The notes under the pieces were generated by a model. The model did no database searches, was not told the DNA's origin, and worked only from the letters and a program-made list of their open reading frames with translations. The position numbers and the translations under genes are program-made. 64,000 bases of DNA from Nemertoderma westbladi. Taxonomy: Eukaryota > Animalia > Xenacoelomorpha. This document shows positions 26,887 to 38,957 of this stretch, one piece after another (the stretch's first letter is position 1; each line of letters opens with the position of its first letter). The stretch covers positions 1 through 64,000 of the forward strand of contig JAUCBJ010002471.1 in assembly GCA_032718475.1 (NCBI GenBank). Reading direction: 5' to 3'.

Positions 26887-27382
26887 CGGCGTCTTATTTT
26901 TCAATACCACTTCAATACCAGAGGTACAGATATATGCTAAGGTTAACCCTATCTAAATTGTAATTTGTTAATTGGATCGAAACGTTTTCCTTACTCAGAT
27001 ATTCCACATACAGTATGTCGTCCAATCTAATTGTCCTCGCAGTACTAAATTAAATTAAAAGTTTAGTTATATGAATTATTTATATTCATTTGTCAAATAA
27101 TACGATAATAAGTAAATTGAGGAATCTCTTTAAAAAATAAACAGTTTATATCAATTATCTCAGAACTAAAAAAATATAATTAGGGGATTCTGCTTTGAAG
27201 GTGACGATACTGTACGTGCCCACCCCCCAAAGATAATACCTTCTCACGCTATACTTATTAAGTATACTACAGTAGTAGAGTTACTAGTAACCACCCCCGC
27301 CCCCTCTCTTTGCATTTCCTTCATGTGTATTTAATTAATTTATAAATAATAAATATTAAATTTATAAATAAAAATTATTTAA

Positions 27383-28092
27383 GGGGGGGGTACACCATTT
27401 TGGTCCAAAATATGTCGAAATTTTTTTTAGGGTCTATTATAATGCACCATTGAATGGTGTTTCCAAATCTGAAAACCGCTATTTAATAGCTCTTTTAGTT
27501 TTCAAGTTATGTAAATTTCCATTTAGGGAATCCTATTGAAATTACTATTACTATATATAATGAAAGGTCGATTATCTCCAAATATTTTTTTCATGAAATT
27601 GTCAACTTTAAAACCCTACTACTTCTACAATTTTTGAGTAATTAGTCTGAAACTTCCTGTGGGTGTCTAGATAGCCACCCTGCATAAAAGTATCAGGCAA
27701 CTTTTCGAAATTTTTTGTTATGAAAATTTAATACTATTTATAAAAAACCTAAAAATTAGCATAAATTTGCAGCGCCACCTAGCGGTGCAGAATTATTTTA
27801 ACAAAATTTCGCCTGATAGTTATGTTGCCCCATCTTTGATCTATCATATAAAAAAACTTTCATGTGATTAGATTCAAAACTGTAAAAGCCTTAGGGTTTT
27901 AAGCGCAACCAAGTTTTTTTTATTGTTAACTAGTATTAACTAATATTAAATAGCGAAAAAAAATTTTTTCTGACCTGTCATGTAGAATAGCATCTTAGGC
28001 ACCTATATGCCAAATTTTAGCCAAAACCAAACAATTTTGAAACGCTGAGAGTGATAAATCGAAGAGTTGTCCGAAAATGGTGTACCCCCCCC
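27383..28092. mobile_element. Kolobok-like MITE (TTAA TSD, GG termini)
   Basis: ttaa|ggggggggtacaccatttt ... aaaatggtgtacccccccc|ttaa; RR termini with TTAA fit Kolobok rather than piggyBac. Confidence 0.85.
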
Positions 28093-28340
28093 TTAAGTCC
28101 CATCCCCCTTCCTCCCCGAATTATAAAATACGATTAATTCATAATTAATTATACTTCATTTAATTAAACCTCGTAATTAATCAACTACAAATATAGTAAA
28201 TAGTTGATAATTAATTATTATAGTTCGTGTAATTTTATACGTGAAACAAACTAATAAAATTAGATAGTAATAAAATAATTAAAATAGATTTAAAATAATA
28301 AAATAAAAGAATAACCAATTTAATTTAATAACGACTGACA

Positions 28341-29501
28341 ATGGAATGCGTTAAAGAATTAGTCGATCTCGAAGCGAATGTGGAAGCCCTTAGTCGATCA
28401 ATCACCAGTTTCGCTATCGATCTGTACAAGGAGATAATAAAGGATAAATCCGATACCAACATTCTGATCAGTCCATTGAGTCTGACAACGGCGCTATCAA
28501 TGACATTTGGTGGCACTGCAGGGGCAACTAAACAACAGATGAGAAAAGTTCTCCATTACAAAGACCTAAAAGATGACGAAATACACGACGCTATTCAGGC
28601 AATACAAAACTATCTTTATAGAGAAGAAAAGCCCTACACTCTCGATGGAGCTAATAAGTTATACGTGCGACAGGATTATCCGATCAAAGATGAATATCTA
28701 CAGCTAACCAAAGAGCAGTACGGTTCTGAGGTAGAGAAAGTCGACTTTGTGAGGTTCCCTGAGGAAGTTCGAATCGAGATAAATAATTGGGTGGCATCCA
28801 TGACGAGAGATAAAATACAGGAAATAGTTGCGGAGGGATGTATCGATGGTGATACCAAATTGGTTCTTGTAAACGCCTTGTACTTCAAGGGTGATTGGGA
28901 AAACAAATTCGATCCCAAGAAAAGCTTCCAAGATAAATTCATTACTGACAAGGAAGGAGAAGTCGATGTGATGTATATGAGAATGTTAGATAGGCGCTTT
29001 AACGTAGTTCGTAATAACGACTTCACGGTATTGGAGATACCCTACAAAGGAAATGATCTCTCGATGATATTTATATTGCCATATGACGAAATCGCCGCTC
29101 TCGAGGCCAAAATTAGCAACAAATGGTTCGATAATGTGTTCGAAAAGTTAGAGGAGATCGAGGTGACTGTTTTCATCCCGAAGTTTAAACTTGAAGATTC
29201 TTACACTTTGACTGAAACGCTGTCGGATATGGGGATGACGGATCTGTTTTCGGAGATATGCGATCTATCGGGAGTGACCAACAGTGCCGGCCTGTCTGTC
29301 GAAGGCATTGTACACAAAACCTTTGTGTTAGTTAACGAGGAAGGGTCTGAGGCTGCTGCAGTTACTGCTGTATACGAAAGTGACTCCTGCGGGAACCCGT
29401 CTATCTGTCTCTCTCGACCCTTTCTTTTTGCTATTAGAGACAAAAGGAACGATATTCTGCTCTTCTTGGGTAAAGTTACCAATCCTGGTCTACAAGAGTA
29501 A
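28341..29501 (+). CDS. Serpin, intracellular (ov-serpin/clade B-like), inhibitory-type hinge, 386 aa, intronless
   Basis: NILISPLSL, INNWVASMTRDKI, LVLVNALYFKGDW, IPKFKLE, VNEEGSEAAAVT and RPFLFAIRD...LFLGKVTNP; no signal peptide; aataaa at 29501-29506 overlapping the stop. Confidence 0.97.
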   Translation: MECVKELVDLEANVEALSRSITSFAIDLYKEIIKDKSDTNILISPLSLTTALSMTFGGTAGATKQQMRKVLHYKDLKDDEIHDAIQAIQNYLYREEKPYTLDGANKLYVRQDYPIKDEYLQLTKEQYGSEVEKVDFVRFPEEVRIEINNWVASMTRDKIQEIVAEGCIDGDTKLVLVNALYFKGDWENKFDPKKSFQDKFITDKEGEVDVMYMRMLDRRFNVVRNNDFTVLEIPYKGNDLSMIFILPYDEIAALEAKISNKWFDNVFEKLEEIEVTVFIPKFKLEDSYTLTETLSDMGMTDLFSEICDLSGVTNSAGLSVEGIVHKTFVLVNEEGSEAAAVTAVYESDSCGNPSICLSRPFLFAIRDKRNDILLFLGKVTNPGLQE

Positions 29502-29810
29502 ATAAAGAAACATAACTCTCTCTATGTTATGTAATACAAGCTCCAACTATTGCCTCGCACGCTCGTAATAGTCTAAACTGCTTTAATTTCATTTGAATCT
29601 TACATTATTAACCGGGGAGAAACTTATTTTCATGCGAAACATACACCATGTCCTGGAATAGCCTATATAATAGTTTTTAATTCAGTGACTTGCCCCCCAC
29701 ATGTTTTTTGCACATGCGCGAGGCTTACTATTTTAAATAAATAAATACACCATATTATTCTAGAACACTTTGTTTGTGTATGAATAGCTACGTAATAGTA
29801 AATATATTCA

Positions 29811-30776
29811 AATCATAGGGTACTCTATTAAAGGCCTTGCAAGCGTGCGCCTTCATAATTAATGGAGGCTGGATTATAACCGGTAGCGTACTGCTGTACT
29901 GTGTGTGTGCAGGCATGAGGAGAGTTCTATAAATTTTCATTTGTTGCAATTTGGTTAATGGACGTAATGAAGCCTCCTCGTTAAGTAAGATACAAAATTC
30001 TATGGTAGCTAGTGTTTTAGGTAGGTTTAGCTAAGTAATTTCGACACTGGTTCCGACATCCTACTTCATTCTATAAATATTTTGTAGTAGCTAGTTCTTA
30101 TTTTTATTTGTATAGAAAATGTTCCAGAACATGTTAGCTATTCATATTTAAAAAAAGATGTTCTAGAACAAATATTTTTTGTTCTAGAACATTTTTTAGA
30201 AAAAATCTGGATTCTATTTAAAACGCATGGAATCGTTCTAAAACGTGTTTAAAATCAATAACAAAAATTTCAACATTTTTTTCAATTAAATTTTTTCACA
30301 ATTTTTTTTTCACAATTTTTTTTATTGATGTTTAAACACGTTTTAGGACGATAACATGCGTTTTAAATCGAATCCAGATTTTTTTCTAAAAATGTTCTAG
30401 AACAAAAAATATTTGTTCTAGAACATAATTTTTTCTAAAAATGAATAGATAACATGTTCTGGAACATTTTCTATACAAATAAAAATAAGAACTAGCTACT
30501 ACAAAATATTTATAGAATGAAGTAGGATGTCGGAACCAGTGTCGAAATTACTTAGCTAAACCTACCTAAAACACTAGCTACCATAAAATTTTGTATCTTA
30601 CTTAACGAGGAGGCTTCATTACGTCCATTAACCAAATTGCAACAAATGAAAATTTATAGAACTCTCCTCATGCCTGCACACACACAGTACAGCAGTACGC
30701 TACCGGTTATAATCCAGCCTCCATAAATTATGAAGGCTGCACGCTTGCAAGGCCTTTAATAGAGTACGCTATGATT
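29811..30776. repeat. Foldback palindrome of about 966 bp (long-TIR non-autonomous element)
   Basis: Arms of about 460 bp, nearly identical in reverse complement (e.g. ggaggctggattataaccggtagcgtactgc at about 29864 and its mirror ending about 30722); short AT-rich centre near 30290. Confidence 0.93.
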
Positions 30777-31394
30777 CAAATAAATTTAATGTTCCAGAAT
30801 TCTGGTGTACCTGTATTTATTACTTAGGATAAAATGGCATCGCGCAGATGCAAAACCGTGCAACTTTCGAACGCCCATACTGTAGTAACTCAGCTATTTC
30901 GAAATAATCTTTCCCGGTACCCACGAATCGCTTTAAGGTTAATTAAGGAATAACTGCGGTACTAGAAAATTGTGAATAACTGCTATGTAACTATGTTGCG
31001 ATATGGACTGAGGCTCCTTTTTCAAACGCTTACTGATTGGAATTTAGACTCGCCCACTCAAAGAGGAGGGAGGTAAAACTACTGTATCTGTAACAAATTT
31101 CATGAAATCTCATTACGATATGTAGAAAATTTGCGGGGGGTTGGTCCTTGTAGGCATACCAGAATTATAACATTATTCCAAGACGTGGTGTTATGAGTGA
31201 TCCATATACAGTATGTACTATCACTTTTAATGTTATACCTTGACGTTGTGGCCTTCTTTCACTTTGACTCCAAAATAATGTACATTATACGATCAAACAA
31301 ATATCTTTACTTTCAAATATGTAATTTAGTGCAATGCTTTCATACTGTATATGATTAAAGTACAATCAATGTGATTTATGTTCTCAACCAAATG

Positions 31395-32607
31395 CCGGTG
31401 TCTTAGGCGAATATCTTCCCCCGCACGGAATGCCCCCCTCCGCCATAGACTTAAGTATACTAATACTGCACTACTGCAGTAGGCCTAGCCAGCACTTTAA
31501 CTTGGATTTATTTGTTTGTTTTTTTGGTTAGGGTTAGTTGGTCAAGCCCAAACCCTAATTAAAACTTCAGGTAACCCTCCCTATCCCTAAATCACAAGGC
31601 TCTAATCTAAGAAATTTTGTGGAATTTTGGACCCTCCACCCCTTCATCACCCATTTTAAATCCATCATTAGAGTTTAGTAAAAGAAACCCTATCCTCTAT
31701 CCTATATAACTGGAAACCTCCTTTGATGCGTAGTAATTTACAGTAATTTAATTCCGGGTGTTTGAAAAAGGTGGACTGGACACAAAACATGGACAATGGA
31801 CAGACCAATCACGGATGATTTGCGTCACACAGCATGTCCACCTTTTTCAACTTTGTTGTCCACCTTTTTCAAATTTGAATAAGGTGGACTGGGTTGAGAA
31901 AGAACAGGCCATGAATTGACCAATCAGATTGATTTGCACATTATAGCAGCTCTGTCCACGTTTTTCAAAAAATTTCAGAAGGTTTTTATGTATTATTATT
32001 GTTATTATTATCCCATACTTAGTGTGACCAACAAAAGTTGTCGAAATAGGCCTAGTTCAATAATATGGGGTGAGCCACGAAGTCTGTGTGTGAGCTGAGC
32101 CTTACAGCCTTAGCATCAATATTGGAATGTCACTATTCTAACTCATTACAGTATAAAGTTAATTATAATAACTACTTATTGTACTGTGAGGGAAATAAAA
32201 TATGCTTTATTTACCGTTCATCCCGAGATCTGTTATTAAACGACCGAGCGCAGCGAGGGAGGTAAATAAGTCCCCATATTTGGGAGTGGCGGTCCGAAAC
32301 CCTAATTCAAAGTGGAAATGTAGGCCTTAAACCTTAATTAAAACTGTCATGTAACCCCAACCTTAAATATTTTGGATCCTAAATTCCACAAAAATTCTTA
32401 GATTAGAGCATCGGGACTTTAAGGTTATAGAGTTACTAATGAAAGTTTTAATTAGGGTTTGGGCCTGAACAACTAACCCAACCACAAATGATAAACCAAT
32501 AAATCCAAGTTAAAGTGCTGTACAGTACGTTAGACCTACTGTACTATTATTATACTGTAAGTCTATAGGGGGGGGGGGTATAGATACGCCTAGGACACTG
32601 GCCCGGC
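31395..32607. mobile_element. Old long-TIR element (imperfect inverted ends of about 230 bp)
   Basis: cagcactttaacttggattta...gctctaatctaagaaattttgtggaattt (about 31490-31628) mirrored at about 32380-32520; outer ends gtgtcttaggcg / cgcctaggacac. Confidence 0.6.
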
Positions 32608-33077
32608 AGCATTCTTAATGCAGCTGCTTCCAGCATGCCCATTATAGAGATAATTGAAACCTGAAAAGGGTGCACAGTCCAATCACTAATAAATAGCACT
32701 GCTTCAATACGTTTCTGATTGGTCAGACTATTATCTATGTTTTTTGTGCATGTGTCCAGTCCACCTTTTTCAAACACACATCTTATTCCCAATTATGTCA
32801 CTAAGAAAGCGAAATCTTGAAAGTGGTGGACAGACCAATTGCTACAAACTGCTCTGCATAATACGTTTCTGATTGGTCTGTCCGTTGTCCATGTTTTCTG
32901 TGTCCAGTCCACCTTTTTCAAACACACATCTTATTCCAAATTATGTCACTAAGAAAGCGAAATCTTGAAAAAAGGTGGACAGACCAATTGCTACAAACTG
33001 CTCTGCATAATACGTTTCTGATTGGTCTGTCCGTTGTCCATGTTTTCTGTGTCCAGTCCACCTTTTTCAAACACCCT
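31757..33077. mobile_element. TIR element (gggtgtttgaaaaaggtggactggacac ends) with a tandemly repeated right end of about 149 bp
   Basis: Left TIR at 31757; its reverse complement at about 32752, 32900 and 33049-33077. Confidence 0.65.
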
Positions 33078-33325
33078 TTAATTCCTCGTACCAAAGTTTT
33101 TTGTTCATTATTATGAAACACTAATTTATTATTATTACGATTCTACCACAAAAACTGTATTTTATTTAAGAAATTATACCAATCTGCAAATCAATCAAAG
33201 AAGAGGGACAGTTCCACCCCTTCAACACCCATTTTAATCTGCACCCCAACAAAAAAGGGAACAATGGAATAATTCAATAGATATTTATTAACAATCTAAT
33301 ATATAAAATAATATACACCCCGAAC

Positions 33326-34748
33326 GGATTTGTCGCGTTTCGGCAACTGTCACGTTTAGGCAACTCAAATTCGCGTTTCGGCAACTGAACAATTCCTTTC
33401 ACAAACTGCTACAGTATATACTGTAGTTGTGTTTCGGCAACTCGTAGTTGCATTTCGGCAACTCGTAGTTGCATTTCGGCGAACTGAAGTTGCGTTTCGG
33501 CAACTAGTTCACATACGCTCGTATGTAATGTAACTGTGACTACATTCATTACCGGTATGTAAGTAAATGATAAATGATGACAAGTTTAAAAGTTAGTTAT
33601 AGTTATTGACGGCAGAGTTGTTAATTGGTCATTTATATGTGTACATTGGCAGTTTGCACATATGGCTGTGATAAAATATAATTTTGTCGTCTGATTGATA
33701 AATGTGGAATTTTTTTCCACCCGTGACGTTCCGTCCGTGACGCTGGACAGCTGTTACGCAAACTAACCTAAAATTAGAACTAATCATTGTAAGCTCTCCA
33801 TTTTGGGCTCAAACTGATCCTGAGATATGTCGGATTCTAAATAAAATAACTCTATCGACTGAGTCGAACGCGAGTTGAAAAACCAAAATTGAAATGGGGA
33901 ATAGATAAACAGTACTGTATGAATTAATATCAGATTGAATTTTAATATCAGGTTAAATTAATACTTATAATATATCGAATAATATGTAGACAATATGGAA
34001 TTAATAACATCAGTTTCTATATAAATCGAAGTAGTTGGAGTAGGCTTGGGGAAAATAATGTAGAATGAAAATGAATAATGGGAAATGTAATGAGGCAAAG
34101 GTAATAAATAATACTGATTTGCTCTGCCCTAATATGTTGATACAATGCGATGTTGACGTTGAGATTCCACCTATCTCTATACCTTAGGCTCTATACAGTA
34201 TCCAGTTGGCTGAAAAGTAGTTACTGGAAGTAAAGTATAATTTAGCTACAGTACCTACAGTAACAGTGTTTTACAGTATTAGGCCTAATTGCTTCAGAGT
34301 TTATTGCTGTAATACTGTTGGTGAGACTATACAAGTTTTGACATCAATGAACAACAATCAAATAATTATCATATTGGGTCTGTATTAATGCATCAAACTT
34401 TCGTTTTCAACTTTAATACAAACTATGTTGCTATATGTACAAATCCAAAGATGGTCTCAATTTAAACCGGCAGTCAAATCATTGGCCTTTGTTTACGAGT
34501 TGCTGAAACGCATCTATCAGTTGCCGAAACGCATCTATCAGTTGCCGAAACGCATCTATCAGTTTGCCTAAGCGCATCCTGTTAACAGTTGCCGAAATGC
34601 AACTATGAGTTGCCGAAAGGAAACTGAGTTGCCGAAATGCATCACTCAGTTGCCGAAACGCAACTTTGTTACCATGTTGCCGAAACGCGACTATGAGTTG
34701 CCGAAGCGCGGCTCTAACGTTACATCAGTTGCCAAAACGCGACAACAC
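33326..34748. mobile_element. MULE-like non-autonomous element
   Basis: TIR arrays of gcgtttcggcaact / agttgccgaaacgc; perfect 9-bp TSD accccgaac at 33317-33325 and 34749-34757. Confidence 0.9.
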
Positions 34749-34964
34749 ACCCCGAACGGGGTAACTACTGTAATCTTGAGAATAGAAAAGGATGGACGAC
34801 ACAGATATAAAGGCCTACAATACAAGTACAAATAAACAATACAATGGCATTACATCGATATTGAATCCCAAATGCAAAGAGCGGTGGAGTAGATGGTGTC
34901 CCCCCTGAGGTCTTTAAAATACCTGTGTGTTTCAAGCTCACTTATCCCAACATAGCAGACTTAT

Positions 34965-35815
34965 ATTTACTACGGCACATTCTAAATGTTGCGGTAGACC
35001 ACGGCATATTTACTACGGCACATTCTAAATGTTGCGGTAGACCGCGGCACATTTACCACGGCACATTCTAAATGTTGCGGTAGACCACGGCATATTTACT
35101 ACGGCACATTCTAAATGTTGCGGTAGACCACGGCACATTCTAAATGTTGCGGTAGACCACGGCATATTCTACATGTTGCGGTAGACCGCGGCACATTTAC
35201 CACGGCACATTCTAAATGTTGCGGTAGACCACGGCATATTCTAAATGTTGCGGTAGACCGCGGCACATTTACCACGGCACATTCTAAATGTTGCGGTAGA
35301 CCACGGCACATTCTAAATGTTGCGGTAGACCACGGCATATTTACTACGGCACATTCTAAATGTTGCGGTAGACCACGGCACATTCTAAATGTTGCGGTTG
35401 ACCACAGCACATTTACCACGGCACATTCTAAATGTTGCGGTAGATCACGGCACATTTACCACGGCGCATTCTAAATGTTACGGTAGACCACGGCATATTT
35501 ACCACGGCACATTCTAAATGTTGCAGTAGACCACGGCACATTAACCATCGAACATTCTAAATGTTGCTGTAGAACACGGCACATTCTAAATGTTGCGGTA
35601 GACCACGGCACATTCTAAATGTTGCGGTTGACCACAGCACATTTACCACGGCACATTCTAAATGTTGAGGTAGATCACGGCACATTTACCACGGCACATT
35701 CTAAATGTTGCGGTAGACCACGGCACATTTACCACGTCACATTATAAATGTTGCGGCAGACCACGGGACATTTACCACGGCACATTATAAATGTTGCGGT
35801 AGACCACGGCACATT
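34965..35815. repeat. Compound minisatellite of 29-bp (acggcacattctaaatgttgcggtagacc) and 14-bp (acggcacatttacc) units
   Basis: Direct tandem array with irregular alternation of the two related units and no unique spacers. Confidence 0.93.
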
Positions 35816-37002
35816 AAGCTTGTCTTTGTGGTAATGTGACCGTTATGGGTTTCCGTACCTTTGGTGTCCATGTGTTGTCTATATGAGTGAGTAGAGAAGG
35901 GAATGTGTCAGATGGTAATAGTGTCTGTATGTAGTTGTATCCTAAAGTATTGTTATCTGACTTATGTAAATAGATCGTATTGTAAGTGGAGTGAAGTCGG
36001 AGTTAAGAGGTTTAATAAACCTGGCCCATATGTTGGGAATTGCTCTCTTTACCACGTCGCCAATCTTGTGCCAATCTCGATTGCTGCACTTCGGTTGTGT
36101 GTCGGTACCATCCTGCGCATATTGAACTGTCCAAGTCGCTTTCTATGTCGGATTGCAATGTTCAACAATGTGCGCCCCCTGGCGTCATACCGCGGCATTT
36201 CTTGTGGCTACAGCATCGCGCGCTCTTCCTACGCCTTACCTGGCCTGCTTTCTGCACTCAACTTTTCATATTCCAAAAGTGAGCTGGTGTCGCGTATTTC
36301 CCTTACCAAGCCGACATATCGTGAACTGATCAGCTCAAATTTCATTAGAACTACACTCACACTCAAAACAATCGGCATTGAAGAGAAAAGAGCCAGAATA
36401 CTCTCATAGTATGGCGTTTCCTAATCTGATATCCAACTATATTTGCAGCGCAAACTCCTATCATAATCACTTCTACCTGCACTCTGCAATCCACCCCCCC
36501 CCCCCCCCCCCCACCCCCTCCTCACTTAATGATAATATGGTTATGGGGTCGACCCTTCGACATCTGCACCAAGTTTTCTTATTTTTTACAATGGCCTGTT
36601 GCGTTTTGCTCCAACATGCTGTATGTGCTTTTTATTTACCTACATATGTTATCTTTGTCTGATGCGTTTTGCCCAAATATATGTGCACTTTATTTACCTG
36701 TTATCTTTATCCTATTGCCAATGATAAACTGTGCGTATCTACTTATATATGTATATATATTCCTTATATATATATTTTATCTAATATAATACCGGCTCGT
36801 CCGGGTGTTTTATGAAATGAATGGTATTGCCTTTTGATACAACATTATTCTGAGCTCTTTGTTGGAGTTTGTGCAAGGTTGAAACATTAGTAGTTGCCAG
36901 TTGGTGTGTCTGTTGGTTTCCGTCGTTTACGTCGATGTCTGTCATCTGTAGTAGGACTAATTAGTTATTTGTGATTTCCATAATTAACAAAACTTCTTGC
37001 AG

Positions 37003-37572
37003 GTCGTTATATTTCACCTGGAAACTGCTAGAAACACCCAGTGTAAATATCGGAAATCTGAAAAGTAAGAATTTATTTTGATTTATAAAATATACTCGAA
37101 AAATTACCCAAAATGTATATACTCTACATACTCTATTCAGCCATAGAATTGTCTTCTATTTACAGAACAGGAGCACAGCGGAAGTCCTTCACGAAAACAA
37201 TCCAAGAAATATCCGACTGTGACCGGAAGTAGTTCGGCAGACAAAGTCGTTCAACTACTATGTAAATCCCAACTTATGATTGTTAACGACGGACACTACA
37301 ACCAATCACGGTCTGCACCTGCCTCACCCACAGCTGGACCCAACCTACCCACCTATCGTAGCAACGACGATGCGACGACTGAAAGGAAGACGACCCCTCC
37401 GCCATTACCGATACGCAAACCGAGGGCGATGATTCCAGTGGGACGAGCTCATAGCGATGTTCCTACAAGTAATCGACAAGTTACTCACGACGGAGGTGTT
37501 GTTAGCGTAAGCGAAAGAATAAGAAGACTTAATCTCGGAGAAATTGTGGTACATAAACCAGATTCTGATTAG
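37003..37572 (+). CDS. Putative last two exons (37003-37064, 37166-37572) of an unidentified gene with a Pro/Ser-rich disordered C-terminus
   Basis: Acceptor cttcttgcag, donor gtaaga at 37065 and acceptor tctatttacag at 37165; the frame stays open across the splice (SLYFTWKLLETPSVNIGNLK-K-QEHSGSPSRK...PPPLPIRKP...SVSERIRRLN); aataaa near 37860. No start exon identified. Confidence 0.45.
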
Positions 37573-38957
37573 GAATGCGAACTGGAAGATATTAAATTAT
37601 TTTGGAGATAAAAAGTGTTTGTTATTGAAATAGAAATTCTGTAGGCGTACAAACATCAGATGGGGGGGGGGGGGGGGCTCGATGCTATCAAAATTAATCG
37701 TTCTCAAGGGAAAAAATAAAAAAACGTTCAAAATAATAATAACGTGATGAATAATTAATTGGTTATAATAACTATGAAATACTAACACAAATACCAACAC
37801 CGTACACACAGTACCAACACAAACATCACTGATCGTAGTTGTACTGTGTGATCTATGGAAATAAATCAATAAGTTCAGTTGAATCCTAATTCAGTTGTGA
37901 TTCTCCTATGTAAACATTGGTGTTAAAATGACAGTCAATGGAAGTTAGCGTTTGTTTGTCAACAATTATCGGCACTCATCTTCCTCTAACACATCTGGGA
38001 ATTTAACAGCACTCTGTTCATGAATCATAAAACGATGTTTCTTTAGTAAAACCTTAGAAGAAAAATAATGTAACAAAAATAATGTTACAGATACGGTCAA
38101 TATGTTTGCATTTGCCACGAATGGAACGGCATATCATAATTGAGAAATATTGTATTTGGGCGGAGGGCGGGGTAGCATTACCGGAATATTAGATATTAAT
38201 ACGAGGTTCAAGAAGAGGGCCCCTCAGTCATTGTGGTACTTGTATATAATTGTTCTTATCACTTTATGGCCGCGGCCGGCTTATCCAATCCGATAGTCTT
38301 GATATCCAATCCGCGGTTGTCTTTCTTCATGAATAATATCTAAAAAATTCGTCAATCTTCAATCTTTTAACCCAAATTTCAAATAAACAAGAAAACAAAA
38401 ATTTGTACTAATTGATCGTAACAACAATGATGTCTAAAATCACATGCGACAGGACAATCACGGCTTTATTAAGTTCATAATTAAATTGGGTTAAAATATA
38501 AAACTAACTTTCATAATTAAATTGGGTTAAAATATAAAACTAACTATAAGAACATTCGAAGCAGAAATATAATTAATTATTACAAGGAAAACGTAGACCT
38601 TGTTTTCACTATTAGAGATATGGTAGGTTAATAGTGGTATTCAAAAATTATTATTAGTTCTTTCGATTAGTTTATTAATTTTTAGTTGTTATTATTAGTA
38701 TTAGTATTTTTTCTCTACATGTAATACGTAATTTTATTTTTAAATTGGTTGCTTCAGTCTGCAATATAAAATAGAAAGAATAATATTGGGTCTAATTAAG
38801 GCCCTATACACACATGGATCGTGAGTACCAGTTAAATAACTGGGAGCAAAACTTGGGATAGGAGTAGCGCCCTCTGGGGTAGCAGCTATCGAAAGAGGAG
38901 CCTTCGGGTCGCCTCCGGCTTCGGTCGATTGTTTGCTTGCTTTGCTTTTACACACAT

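Noticed and set aside
28325-29482. Antisense ORFs over the serpin
   Set aside because: Codon-shadow ORFs with no independent features.
34965-35815. CRISPR-like array of 29-bp repeats
   Set aside because: The intervening sequences are themselves repeated 14-bp units rather than unique spacers; there are no cas genes and the context is eukaryotic.
35903-36409. 168-aa ORF as a host gene
   Set aside because: No recognisable domain; it weakly resembles a LINE C-terminal relic, and the evidence is too thin to call.
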